The translations under genes and the position numbers were made by a program. Positions 24,721 through 36,939 of a DNA stretch of 64,000 nucleotides are shown piece by piece. The notes under the pieces are model-generated. The model saw only the letters and a list, made by a program, of their open reading frames with translations, searched no databases and was not told the origin of the DNA. The first letter of the stretch is position 1; every line of letters starts with the position of its first letter. Source of the stretch: Malacoraja senta (taxonomy: Eukaryota); contig CM075991.1 in assembly GCA_038087875.1 (NCBI GenBank), positions 10,790,001 through 10,854,000 on the forward strand, given 5' to 3'.

Positions 24721-25149
24721 ACCAGAGCATAATTCATTCAGAAGTTTGAACAGGGCAAGTTTATCAAACTACATTTGAAGTTCGCACAGAATAGCTGCCT
24801 CAGCACATTCTCCACCAGATGTCAGTACAAGCTGTCCCTCATCCAAGTGTACTCCATCTATCATTAGCACTCACTCACCCTTCAACCTCTGAGCTTTTAT
24901 TCTCAGTCAGACGCTCCTTGCTTTATTCCCGTCGATTCCAGCAATAGTCTGAATGTTGCCCTCTTTTAAGTCATCTCACTCTCGCCCTCCTTAGAACCAG
25001 CACCTCTAGGCGATTGCTGCCTGACAGATTGGGCCCATCTATCAGATGAAGTGTTGGTCTTTAACGCAACTTGGCGGACATGAAGTATCCAAGGGCACAA
25101 TTCTGAGGATGAGTGGAAGTGATCTCTTTGTCAACCCGATCACCAGTGG

Positions 25150-25500
25150 TGGGGCACAGTGGTGCTGCCTTACAGCGCTGGAGACCCAGGTTCGATCCTG
25201 ACTACGGGTGCTGTCTGTACGGAGTTTGCATGTTTTTTGATATTGACATTGACGAGTTTGTATGATATTGAATGGCGGTGCTGGCTCGAAGGGCTGAATG
25301 GCATACTCCTGCACCTATTGTCCATGTTTCTATGTTCTCTCTGTGACCGTGTGTGTTTCCTCCGGGTGCTCCGGTTTCCTCCCACATTCCAAAGACTTGC
25401 AGGTTTGTAGGTTAATTGGCTTCTGTAAATTGTCCCCTAGTGCGGAGGATAGAAATCGTGTATGGGTGATCGCTGGTCGGAGTGGACTCGGTGGGTCCAT
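25150..25500 (+). mobile_element. V-SINE with an inserted CR1 tail
   Basis: CR1 3' hairpin at ~25262-25335 inside the V-domain. Confidence 0.8.
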
Positions 25501-26160
25501 AATGCCACTATCTGCCTCAACAGCACGTGTAAGACTGCATTAATTTCACTCTTTACATTAATAATGGATAAAAAGCGCAGGTTAAAGATTTTAAGTTATG
25601 TTGAATATGTTAGCACCCAAGTGAATTTCCACATGAAGTATTGCTGGTGCTCATATATAGTATTACCTCTTGAGGACATGGCAAAGGAGACATAGCATGG
25701 AAACAGGCCCTTCGGCCCAACTTGCCCATGCCGACCAGAATGCCCCATCTACACTAGTCCCACCTACCCGCGTTTAACCCATATCCCTCTAATCCATGGA
25801 CCTGTCCAAATATCTTGGAAATGTTGTTATAATTGCTTCAACCTTGGTATATATAACAATAATGTTAAACTAAACTAACCTACCTCTTCTGGCTACTCAT
25901 TCCATGTACCCATCTCCCTATGAGAGAAAAAAATGAAACATCACCTCTCCACGTTCTCCAGAGAGGCTGCCTGACCCGCTGAATTACTCCAGCACTTTGT
26001 GCCCATTTATAATTCTCCTGATCCCAACTATCCCATGGATGTGAAGATCTGCGATCCACTCAACATGGGCTTGGTCTGAACACATCTCCATTGAATCCAA
26101 TCTGTTGGAAGAAGCGTGATTGAGCCAGCCTATCTGTCTAGTCGTCCGAAGACTTTATCT

Positions 26161-26600
26161 GGTGGCACGGTGGCGTAACGGTAGAGCTGCTGCCTTACAG
26201 CGCCAGAGACCAGGGTTCGATCCTGACTATGGGCGCTGTCTGCACGGAGTTTGTACGTTCTCCCCGTGACCTGCGTGGGTTTTCTCAGAGATCTTCGGTT
26301 TCCTCCCACACCCCGAAGACGTACAGGTCTGTTGGTTAATTGGCTCGGTATAGACAATAGGTGCAGGAGTAGGCCATTCGGCCCTTCGAGCCAGCACCGC
26401 CATTCAATGTGATCATGGCTGATCATCCCCAATCAGTACCCCGTTCCTGCCTTCTCCCCATATCCCTTGACTCCTCTATTTGTAAATTTAAAATTGTGTA
26501 AATGTGAAAATTGTCCCTAGTGTGTGTAGGGTAGGGAATCACTGGTCGGTGTGGACTCGGTGGGCCGAAGGGCCTGTTTCCAGGCTGTATCTCTGAAAAC
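26161..26600 (+). mobile_element. V-SINE with an antisense CR1 tail insert (~26350-26480)
   Basis: SINE parts flank (AGACAAT)n-GGTGCAGGAGTAGGCC. Confidence 0.85.
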
Positions 26601-27559
26601 AAAACAAGCAAAAAGATCTCCGAGCCTTGTTGGGAAACTCTCTGTGCTTTGATGGAATGGGCAGCTGACACAGGTAAGTCAGCACAAATCGTATGTTTAA
26701 TAGACCACTGCACCATTTGTTGAGAAGAGCACTTAATTGATTGCCTTAATTAGATCATGAATATGGCTGAGGTAATGCCTACTGAACAGCAATAACAATG
26801 AGACAAGAATGAACTGCAGCATTAAAAGACGTCACTGAAACACTGAATCAAGAATTAATTCTTAATGTATTGCGGGAGTCTTGCTCATCAACATGTGTCA
26901 CACCACAGCATGGTGAGATGTAAAGATAAGTTTGGAGCTAACTATCTCCTGCTGCTCCCCCACTGTGATTCCTCCTTCTCTCTGACTCTACGATCACGTT
27001 TTAACCCAGATTCGCTACCACAGCCACGTGTGTCTAACAATGGCCTGTTTCCTTTATCATCGCTACTTTTCTGCACATCTTTCATTCATTTCTTCTATAT
27101 CTCTCTCCGTCACCGTCTGTATCTCTCGTTTCCCTCTCCCCTGGCTCTCGGTCGGAAGAAGGGCCACCTGTTCCTTCTCTCCAGAGATGCTGCCTGCATT
27201 TGCTCCAGCATTTTGTGTCCATTCACATGGATATCTCTACAATAGGCCTTCTCAGTAGAGAATAACTGAATGGTACGGAAAATCAATGGTATCTGGCCAA
27301 GAAATCGACAGTACATCTGCTTTTTTGGAAGCTATGAATGTCATTAGAGTTTGCAAATGTGATCTCAGTGTGTGGGCACAGGGGACAGAATGCGCAGTAA
27401 ATGTCATCTTGCTATAGATGTGCCCACAGTAAACATTGTGCAGAAAATGGAATAAAGTCTGATCGGGAAGTTGGCCGCGATAAATAAGGGCTCCATCCAA
27501 ACTTCCAGTGCCGTCTGTGTGGAGTTTGCAACCTCTCCTTGTGACCACAAGTCTGACAG

Positions 27560-27820
27560 CGCCAGACACCCAGGTTCGATCCCGACTGTATGGAGTTTGT
27601 ACGTTCTCCACGTGACCATGAGGGTTTTCTCCGGGATCTTCGGTTTCCTCCCACACTCCTAAGACGTACAGGTTAATTATAGGCTAATTGGCTTGGTATA
27701 AGTGTAAAATTGTCCATAGTATGTGCAGGACAGTGTTAGTGTGCGGGGATCGCTGGTTGGTGCGGACTCAGTGGGCTGAAGGGCCTGTTTCCGTGCTGTA
27801 TCTCTAAAACTAAAAAACTA
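27560..27820 (+). mobile_element. V-SINE
   Basis: B box, V-domain and tail. Confidence 0.85.
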
Positions 27821-28419
27821 AAGCTAAAAACTAAAAAAAGTTGATAATAGCTTTGGAATCTGAAAATGAGATGGAAATGACAACACATAGATGATTAGTC
27901 TTGTCCCCTTGCTCATTGCAATCTTCACAGCATTGAATTTACTGTTTGAATTGAGGTTAAAGGACAATACCTGAGACTTTAATGACATTTCAACCACGTT
28001 TCACACTCCGCTTCTTTCGACCACTTAACGTGAAGTCACATCATTGCCCTAAATCCAAATGAGCTCAAATTGGATTCTCACAGTCGTTTAAATGTTCCAA
28101 TCACAATTCCCCAACTAAATATTCAAGCGGTGCTGAAATATAAAAGCCAATTCTGAGATGTCCTGATGGACTTTCTGTGGCACCTGGTGCCCCAGCAGGC
28201 AGCCCTGTGGCTTTCAAATAGATCTCAATCGCATCTCGAGGATTCACGTCTTAAGTAGAACAATATTCCCAGCCCCACACGTCTCTTCTTACACATTAAG
28301 GCTGCGTGACTTGGAGATAAAAACAATGAGAGAAAGGCTTAATAATGAGTGTGTAGGAAGGAACTGCAGATGCTGGTTTACACCAAATGCGGGAGTGACT
28401 CGGTAAATTAATAATTCGT

Positions 28420-28705
28420 TTTAGTTTAGTTTTAGAGTTGTAGCACGGAAACAGGCCCTTCAGCCCGCCTAGTCCGCACCGACCAGCGATCCCTGCACCT
28501 CAACTCTACCCTACACACACTAGGGACAATTACAATTTATACCAAGCCAATTAACCTACAAACCTAGACGTCTTTGGAGTGTGGGAGGGAACCGAAGATC
28601 TCGGAGACAAAACCCACGCAGGTCACAGGGAGAACGTACAAACTCCGTACAGACAGCACCCGTAGTCAGGATCGAACCCGGGTCTCCGGCAACTCTACCA
28701 CTGCA
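28420..28705 (-). mobile_element. V-SINE
   Basis: Tail, V-domain and B box on the minus strand. Confidence 0.85.
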
Positions 28706-28990
28706 ATACTGGTTGAGTTGTAATGAGTAGGGAGAGCTCAGGCTTTGTCTTTCACATCAGTGAGACCAAGAGTAGATTAGGCTTACACATGAAAACAATT
28801 CCCACAATATTACACACAAATAAGAGGTACTGTATTAACAATTCCAACCATGATTAGTGCAAGGAACCCAAAGGAACATTACTCTATGTTAATAGGTTTC
28901 ATTGCAAAGTTTGCAGGAGATATTTCAATCCAGGACATTATTCTTATTATCTTCTTCAGTTTGTTTATCGACCTTTAAGACCATATTGAA

Positions 28991-29212
28991 GATAGACACA
29001 AAATGCTGGAGTAGCTCAGCGGGACAGGCATCATCTCTGGAGAGAAGGAATGGGTGACGTTTCGGGTCGAGACCCTTCTTCAATGTGTGACGTTTCGGGT
29101 CGAGACCCTTGTTATGGGTATATGGTTATAAGGGTCTCGACCGAAAACGTCAGCCAGCATTTTTTTTGTCTATCTCTGGGTTTTAACCAGCACCTACAGT
29201 TCCTACGTACAC
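28991..29212. mobile_element. Foldback Penelope hammerhead element with 14-bp TSD
   Basis: AAGACCATATTGAA at 28977-28990 and 29213-29226. Confidence 0.85.
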
Positions 29213-29589
29213 AAGACCATATTGAAACCTATATAAATTATCAAGGTTTGTATTTATTTCTCTTTCCCGGGATAAAATCAATACAATTCACTTTATGAAA
29301 CAAATCCATCAACCCAAAAGCTGGGGTTTATTTATTCAATCTGAAACTGCATCAATAAAACTGAAAGAAGGACAGATATGATTTAAAAGTTCCAAAAAAT
29401 TAGCATGTCTAATGTCATTATTCACTTAAAAAAACAACACGATTCCATGTACTTTAAAAATACAATATTTTTATCAGCAGTCTTGACAGCACAAAATAAT
29501 TTTATAATATCTTCCCCACAAGTTTTTATCTCCAACCAAGTTTTGGTGACCTTTTGGACTCTTGATAATTCTCATTCTGACATATGACA

Positions 29590-29822
29590 TCCTGACTGTG
29601 GGTGCTGTCTGTATGGAGTTTGTACTTTCTCCCAGTGACCCCGTGGGTTTTCTCCAGGATCTCCGGTTTCCTCCCACACTCCAAAGACATGCAGGTTAAT
29701 TGGCTTGGTATAATTGTAAATTGTCCCTGGTGTGTGTAGGATAGAGTTAGTGTACCGGGGATCGCTGGTCGGCACGAACTCGGTGGGCCGAAGGGCCAGT
29801 TTCCGCACTGTATCTCTAAAAC
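29590..29822 (+). mobile_element. V-SINE (5'-truncated)
   Basis: V-domain and tail. Confidence 0.85.
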
Positions 29823-30200
29823 AACGTATTACGTATCTGTCTTAGAATCAAAGATATTGCAGAATAGTACCTGCTGTGCTTTGTTCTGCAGCCGATGACA
29901 TACCTTTATCTATGAGATCCACAGAACTCACTGCGTTGCTGACTCTGCCCTTTCCCCAACCCTGGGGGAAGTAAGATCTTGATATTGTTAGACTGCCAGC
30001 CAAATCAGTAAAGGTTAGTTAACTGTGTGACAAGATTTAAAGACGGAAGATTAAGCTTGTCAGGGTTCTGTGGGTGTGCAGGTACATTACAACCTCGGCT
30101 GTGTCCATGATGATATAGAACCAACCCACTGATGGAGACTGACTTGCTGTGTGATGTTTCATCTCCATCAAGCACATGGATGAGGAGGCACCTTCTGCTG

Positions 30201-30740
30201 GGCAGCAGGGTGGCCCAGAGTGGTAGGGTTGCTGCCTTACAGCGCCAGGGACCCGGGTTCGATCCTGACTACGGGTGCTGTCTGTATGGAGTTTGTACGT
30301 TCTCCCCGTGACCGCGTGGCTTTCCACTGGCAGCTCTGGCTTCTAAGACGTACAGGTTGGTAGGTTAATTGGCTTCATAAAAGTTGTAAATTGTGGCTAA
30401 TGTGTAGGACAATGTTAGTGTATGGGGATTTCTGGTCGGCGTGGACCCAGTAGATCGAATGGCCTGTTTCCACGCTGTATCTCTAAACTAAACTAAATTG
30501 CGCTATAGAAAGCATACTAGCTGGATGCAACGCAGCATGGTTTCAGAACAGCTCCATCAAAGACCACTGGAAATGGTAAAGAATTGTGAACGCAGCCCAG
30601 ACCATCACACAAACGAACCTCCCTCCCACACCGACACCTCACGCTGCCTCGGCAAGGCCACCAGCATAATCATAGACCAGTCGCACCCCGGCCACTCCCT
30701 CTTCTCCCCTCTCCCGTCAGGCAAGAGGTATAGAAGTGGG
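30201..30740 (+). mobile_element. V-SINE followed by a Rex1/Babar ORF fragment
   Basis: SINE at 30201-30497, then RCLGKATSIIIDQSHPGHSLFSPLPSGKRYRS. Confidence 0.8.
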
Positions 30741-31265
30741 AAACCTGTACGTCTTTGGAGTGTGGGAGGAAACCGAAGATCTCGGAGAAAACCCACGCAG
30801 GTCACGGGGAGAACGTACTTAAACTCCGTACAGACAGCACCCATAGACAATAGACAATAGACAATAGGTGCAGGAGTAGGCCATTCGGCCCTTCGAGCCA
30901 GCACCGCCATTCAATGTGATCATGGCTGATCATTCTCAATCAGTACCCCCTTCCTGCCTTCTCCCCATATCCCCTGATGGTAAGAGCCCTATTTTTAAGA
31001 GCCCTATCTAGCTCTCTCTTGAAAGCTAGAGGGGTTCGGAGGGATTTGGAGTGGTTTAGAGGTGTTTCGAGGGATTCAGAGGTATTCAGAGGGGTTTAGA
31101 GGAGTTTAGAGGGTTTTATAGAGTGGTTTAGAGGGGTTTAGAAGGGTTTAGACAATAGACAATAGGCATTAGACAATAGACTCGTAGTCGGAGATCGAAC
31201 CCGGGTCTCTGGCGCTGCATTAGCTGTCAGGCAGCAACTCTACTGCTGCGCCACTGTGACCGCCC
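30741..31265 (-). mobile_element. V-SINE split by a CR1 tail plus a (TTTAGAGGGG)-like repeat
   Basis: CR1 tail at ~30843-31027; G-rich 10/11-bp repeat at ~31027-31150. Confidence 0.75.
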
Positions 31266-31780
31266 CGCCCCTGTAGGAATTGAATATTCTCTGTATGGGT
31301 CTCATGTGGAGAAATTGGACAGGTTAGTGGTTCTGGAAATTGTTTCTCTGGCTCAGAGCAGGGGGGGAAAGCTTCCTTCTGCTCAACAGCTCCTCCAGTG
31401 TAGAAACAAAGAACTGCAGATGGCGGTTCACACCAAGGATGTACACAAAATGCTGGAGTAAAAAGCATGGGTGATGTTTTGAGTCGGGACTCTTCCTCAG
31501 ACAGAAAGAAGGAGGTCGGGAGATTGGGAAAGAGCTGAAGACTGCAAGTTTGGGCCTAACCAAGACCATCGTCCAAGATTGAGTAGCCACTACTTAGCCT
31601 GTCTTTGCTTCCAGCTTCAGCTGAAGAATTTACAAAGCGCGTTTCCCTGTCAAAAATAGGATTTAATTTTCCTTTTAATCAGGTTGTTTGACACCTGGAA
31701 CCCAACAGCGAGTCGGGTAGTGTGAGAAGGAACAGGAGATGCTGGTTTACACCGAAGATAGACACAAAATGCTGGAGTAA

Positions 31781-32110
31781 AACCCCTGTCCCACAGTACA
31801 AGTTCATTCCAAGAGCTCTCCCGAGTTTGCCCTGATTCGAACTCGGAGATTTACGGTAATGGCCGCTCGTCGGTACTCGCGGCTCTCGTGGGCATTTTTC
31901 ATCATGTTGAAAAATCTTCAAGAGTCTTCCCATGCTTACCTGCCGTTAGCGAGTCTTCCCGAGTACCTGCCGTGAGCGTTACGAGCCGCTAAGAGACGTC
32001 CCCGAGCTCCGACGTACCCGCTACGTTCATTCTCCGTGCTTACCATGAGTTTGATTTTTTTTAAACTCGGGAGAGCTCTTGGAATGAACTCGCACCATGG
32101 GACAGGGCTA
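31781..32110. mobile_element. PIF/Harbinger-type MITE nested in a PLE hammerhead unit
   Basis: Terminal inverted repeats (TIRs) CCCTGTCCCA..GTTCATTCCAAGAGCTCTCCCGAGTTT; TAA TSD splits GCTGGAG-TAA-CTCAGCGGG. Confidence 0.85.
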
Positions 32111-32424
32111 TAACTCAGCGGGACAGGCAGCATCTCTGGAAAAAAGGAATAGGTGACGTTTCAGGTAGAGACCCTTCATCATTCAGACGAAGGATGTTGG
32201 GTGGATCTATGATAACTAGTAACAAGCTTGACCACACTCTATTTTGTTCCATGATGCCACCGTTGGGCACTAAGACTAATGAGAGCATGGGACTGCCTCT
32301 CACATGCAGACAGGACCTTCACAAGCCGGTCTTATTTTACGTGTCGCATCCACTATCTTAATTCCGTGTCCTGAAACTGGTAATTGTTTTCGGATCTTGG
32401 AATCCAACCTTAGTTCAACTCTTC

Positions 32425-32658
32425 CTACTCTGTGTCGATCGTTTGCGTGTCTTGAAGGGGATCCACCTCTTTGGGGACATCATCTTCTTCGAATTGCTGG
32501 TAACCTTCCGCCCTGGGCAGGCACATGCACCAGCCGGCCCCACTCAGATTCAGCTGCTCGTAGGAAATGGACTTTCCGAACATTCTGAATCCATCCACTT
32601 GGTCCATGTGTTGCGAGAGCTTCTCCAGGTACAAACAACTCAGTATTATCCCAAGAAC
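32425..32658 (-). CDS. TSPAN15-like tetraspanin, last coding exon (end of TM4 and cytoplasmic tail)
   Basis: Acceptor ctgttatctgttgcag, phase 0. Encodes VLGIILSCLYLEKL..LNLSGAGWCMCLPRAEGY..DTE*, resembling TSPAN15 FLGVLLTLLY..AAGTGCCLCYP and, from memory, zebrafish zgc:113223. Confidence 0.85.
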   Translation of the reverse strand, partial: VLGIILSCLYLEKLSQHMDQVDGFRMFGKSISYEQLNLSGAGWCMCLPRAEGYQQFEEDDVPKEVDPLQDTQTIDTE

Positions 32659-32809
32659 CTGCAACAGATAACAGGCCAGTTTACTTCCATGGTTAAATGG
32701 CTCGAAACACCGAACACGCAAGAGTACAGCACAGGAACAGGCCCTTCGGCCCAAACTGTGAGCAGTTTTGTGTCCCCATATGTGAGGAAGGATGTGCTGG
32801 CATTGGAGA

Positions 32810-33190
32810 CAATTGACAATAGACAATAGGTGCAGGAGTAGGCCATTCGGCCCTTCGAGCCAGCACCGCCATTCAATGTGATCATGGCTGATCATCACCA
32901 AACAGTACCCCATTCATGCCTTCTCCCCATATCCCCTGACTCTGCTATTTTTAAGAGTCCTATCTAGCTCTCTCTTGAAAGCATCCAGAGAACCTGCCTC
33001 GACCGCCCTCTGGGGCAGAGAATTCCACAGACTCACCACTCTCTGTGACAAAAAGTGTTTCCTCGTCTCCGTTCTAAATGGCTTACTCCATATTCTTAAA
33101 CTGTGGCCCCTGGTTCTGGACTCCCCCAACATCGGGAACATGTTTCCTGCCTCTAGCGTGTCCAAACCCTTAACAATCTTATATGTTTCA
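32810..33190 (-). mobile_element. CR1 LINE 3' end
   Basis: ETYKIVKGLDTLEAGNMFPMLGESRTRGHSL and (ATTGTCT)n tail. Confidence 0.9.
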
Positions 33191-33197
33191 TATGAGG

Positions 33198-33450
33198 TGT
33201 AGATCAGTGTCAATCATATCATGATTCATGCTTCTGTAGTTACGCCCACTAGCTTTTCAGTTATCACTGCTTGCTGGACTCCCTTAGTGTGAGTGGAAGT
33301 GTAACATGCAAGTGTGAAGTCGTGCTTGCTATGTAGTTAATAAAATCTTTGGATTTTTCTCCTGGTGTGAGGCTTCTGTTATTGTATGGTCATCACTCAA
33401 CATGGTGTCAGAAGTGGGATTCGAACCCACGCCTCCAATTGGAGACCAGA
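33198..33450 (+). mobile_element. Solo LTR (TG..CA, ~33198-33402) plus extended tRNA-Leu primer-binding site
   Basis: AATAAA inside; ends AACA, then TGGTGTCAGAAGTGGGATTCGAACCCACGCCTCCAATTGGAGACCAGA, the reverse complement of the tRNA-Leu(CAA)-type 3' 48 nt including CCA. The LTR start is uncertain. Confidence 0.75.
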
Positions 33451-34000
33451 GGAGGTTTTACGAGAATGATCCCAGGAATGATTGGGTTAATATATGATGA
33501 GCATTTGACGGCACTGGGCCTGTACTCCCTAGAGATTAGAAGAATGAGGGGGGACCCCATGGAAACACTCTCATTTCACGCCTGCCATTGGGAAGAAGGT
33601 ATAGGAGGCTCAATAAACTGTAATGTTCAGGAGAAGCTTCTTCCCAACTACCATCAGCCTATTAAACATGACAAACTCCAACTAAACTCCAAACTACAAA
33701 CTGTCTTGATTGCACTAGGGATTATCTGCCTGCAATTGACCCATATCCCTCTAAATATATACCTATCCCATCAATGTACCCATCTAAATGCTTCTTAAGC
33801 GTTGCGAAAGTACCTGCCTCAACTATCTTCTCTGGCAGCTTGTTCCATACACCCACCACTATTTGTGTGAAAAAGTTACCCCTCAGGTTCCACCCTCACC
33901 TTAAACCTATGTCCCATATCCCCAGGTTCCAAACAGCATAGAGCCTACCTATACATCATCGAACCACAACCAGAGAGCAGTCCTGAACTGCTATCTACCT

Positions 34001-34298
34001 CAGGGGTGGGGAACCTGCGGCCTTAAGGCTGCAAGCGGCCTACTAGGCCTTCAAGTGCGGCCTTTTGAATGACTCCAAATTTTGTAGAACAAATGCTTTT
34101 ATTTTTATTAATATGTTTTTGTTCGTCTTTTATTATTTTTATTTTAATCTTAAAATGAACATATTTAAAATACCAAAGAGTAAAAGAAGATTCAACAAAA
34201 ATAATCCTATATCTAATTGAAGTTTCTTCTATGCGTCCGTTATTAGATTACAGCTAACTTAATGCGGCCTTCTAACATGAAAAGGTTTCCCACCCCTG
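34001..34298. mobile_element. hAT-type MITE
   Basis: TIRs CAGGGGTGGGGAACCT / AGGTTTCCCACCCCTG; 8-bp TSD ATCTACCT / AACTACCT; repeated GCGGCC subterminal motifs. Confidence 0.88.
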
Positions 34299-34975
34299 AA
34301 CTACCTCTTTGGTGACCCTTGGACTATCCTTAATCCGACTTTGCTGGCTTTACCTTGCACTAAACGTTATTATACACTGTAAATGGCTCAATGTAATCAT
34401 GTATTGTCTTTCTGCTGACTGGATAGCACGCAACAAAAGCTTTTCACTGTACATTGGTATAGGTGACAATAAACTAAACTGTGAACTGTAGATTGACCCA
34501 CTGGTCCTAAAATTCACAGGTGATAGCGGATTGAAATTTGATGAGATTTGACCTTGGTGAGAGGAAGGATTCTGATTGAGTTTTTATGTAGAGTTAATGC
34601 AGAAGATCATTTTTAATGCGTCAAGATTGATTGCTTTTCACATTTTGTCTTAGCCCACGACTGTTCTCAGCCTGAATGCGCATTGTGGCAGATTGCAGTA
34701 AAAATCTCTGGTCCAGCATGAATTACTTTTTATTCACCTCAAGTCAAGCGATGAATTTAATCACCGGTTCCCAGCTCACAGGCTCTGTCGGCCTGGTACA
34801 GACAAAACAGTGTCTGAGGAAGGGTCTCGAGCCAAAACCGTCACCCATTCCTTCTCTCCAGAGATGCTGCCTGGAGTTACTCCAGCATTTTGTGTCTATC
34901 TTCAGGAAAGCGGATGTGCTGTTCGATTCTCCCTTTCCCATCCCACTCCGAACAGCAGCACCACAGCGAGAGGGG

Positions 34976-35380
34976 GAAGATTGAGGGGGGACCTTATAGA
35001 AACGTACAAAATTCTTAAGGGGTTGGACAGGCTAGATGCAGGAAGATTGTTCCTGATGTTGGGGAAGTCCAGAACAAGGGGTCACAGTTTGAGGATAAGG
35101 GGGAAGTCTTTTAGGACCGAGATGAGAATTTTTTTCTTCACACAGAGAGTGGTGAATCTGTGGAATTCTCTGCCACAGAAAGTAGTTGAGGCCAGTTCAT
35201 TGGCTATATTTAAGAGGGAGTTAGATGTGGCCCTTGTGGCTAAAGGGATCAGGGGGTATGGAGAGAAAGCAGGTACAGGATACTGAGTTGGATGATCAGC
35301 CATGATCATATAGAATGGCGGTGCAGGCTCGAAGGGCCGAATGGCCTACTCCTGCACCTATTTTCTATGTTTCTATGTTT
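34976..35380 (+). mobile_element. CR1 LINE 3' end
   Basis: RLRGDLIETYKILKGLDRLDAGRLF..GYGEKAGTGY* and tail. Confidence 0.92.
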
Positions 35381-35432
35381 CATGAGAGAGTAACAATGAG
35401 CAGGGGAAAATCCTTCAGCGGACTCGCCCTTA

Positions 35433-35837
35433 AGGGCCTGTCCCACGGACATGCGACTACATGTGGCAAGCGCGACCTAACCGCAAGCGGGGGCCGCGCG
35501 GAGGTCGAGTGATCCCTGTACAGGGCCGGTCCCACCAGCATGCGGCTGCATGCGGCAAGCGCTACCAAATCGGAAGTGGGGGCCGCGCGGAGGTCGAGTG
35601 ACGTCAAGACGGTGCGCACGGCCGTCGATGCGGCTGCGGGGCGACAGGCCATTGCCGCACGGAATTTTTGAACGGTGTCAGTTTTTCGGAGACCCGCGCG
35701 ATGTCGGGACCAGCTCCGCACAACTCCATACGGCTCCGGCGATCGAAGTGGGACCGGCCCCGCGACCTCCGCGCAGCCCCCGCTTGCGGTTAGGTCGCGC
35801 TTGCCGCATGGAGTCGCATGCCCGTGGGACAGGCCCT
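35433..35837. mobile_element. GC-rich PIF/Harbinger-type MITE
   Basis: Roughly 60-70-bp TIRs starting AGGGCCTGTCCCACGG; TSD degenerate. Confidence 0.8.
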
Positions 35838-36137
35838 CAAGGTTTTGAAGCAAATACCCTGGCAGCTGTTTGATAACCCAACGAATAGCGACACTATTAT
35901 GATTCTAGACATGCATTTGGGACAGTATCATCCAAAGAAGAATATCAATGCCAAACGCTCACCCAGATGACAATAAACACAGAAAATTAACATTAATTTA
36001 AAATACCGCAGGATTACATTTCCAGACCTTTCCCTGCGGAAAGAAACAAAAACACAATTTATTCTAACTACAAGAGCAGTCTTCCAAACATCTTCGTGAC
36101 TTTGCTGTTATCCCCGGTGAAATCAACATCTTCTGAT

Positions 36138-36731
36138 GGTTTTCCTGAGAAGATTACGGAGAGTCGGTATGTCAAGGAGGACTCTCTCTAACTTCTACAG
36201 GTGCACAGTAGAGAGCATGCTGAGCATGAGTTGCATCATGGCTTGGTTCGGCAACCTGAGTGCCCTGGAGAGGAAAAGACTACAAAAAGTAGTAAACACT
36301 GCCCAGTCCATCATCGGCTCTGACCTCCCTTCCATCGAGGGGATTTATCGCAGTCGCTGCCTCAAAAAGGCTGGCAGCATCATCAAGGACCCACACCATC
36401 CTGGCCACACACTCATCTCCCTGCTACCTTCAGGTAGAAGGTACAGGAGCCTGAAGACTGCAACAACCAGGATCAGGAATAGCTACTTCCCCACAGCCAT
36501 CAGGCTATTAAACCTGGCTCGGACAAAACTCTGATTATTAATAATCCATTATCTGTTATCTGAACTTTATCAATTTATTTATTCATGTGTGTATATATTT
36601 ATATAATGGTATATGGACACACTGATCTGTTTTGTAGTAAATGCCTACTATGTTCTGTGTGCTGAAGCAAAGCAAGAATTTCATTGTCCTATCAGGGACA
36701 AATGACAATAAATTCACTTGAACTTGACTTC
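36138..36731 (+). mobile_element. Rex1/Babar LINE 3' fragment
   Basis: FLRRLRRVGMSRRTLSNFYRCTVES..WFGN..DPHHPGHTLISLLPSGRRYRSL..NSYFPTAIRLLN; (ACTTG)n tail. Confidence 0.92.
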
Positions 36732-36939
36732 TCTATTTATTTTGCAGTAATTACGTCCGAACTCCATTTAACTTTCATGCGATCATCTCAAAGCCGCTGA
36801 GATATGCTGCTTTATCATTGATCTGATCCCTGCCAGCGTGGCTCAGCGCGGTGCTGATTAATTAGATGATAATCAAACAAAATAATGGCCACATGCTCCG
36901 GTTTCCATCCCTCCTCTGAAGGTAAGTGGTAGAATCTGG

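Noticed and set aside
29904..29961. Extra upstream slc4a exon (GWGKGRVSNAVSSVDLIDK)
   Set aside because: Splice sites and phase are plausible, but there is no recognisable homology and it may lie in the tetraspanin 3' UTR.
31027..31150. Interstitial telomere repeat
   Set aside because: The units are 10-11 bp (TTTAGAGGGG), not TTAGGG.
33403..33450. Functional tRNA-Leu gene
   Set aside because: Only the 3' 48 nt are present, with encoded CCA; the D arm and anticodon loop are missing.
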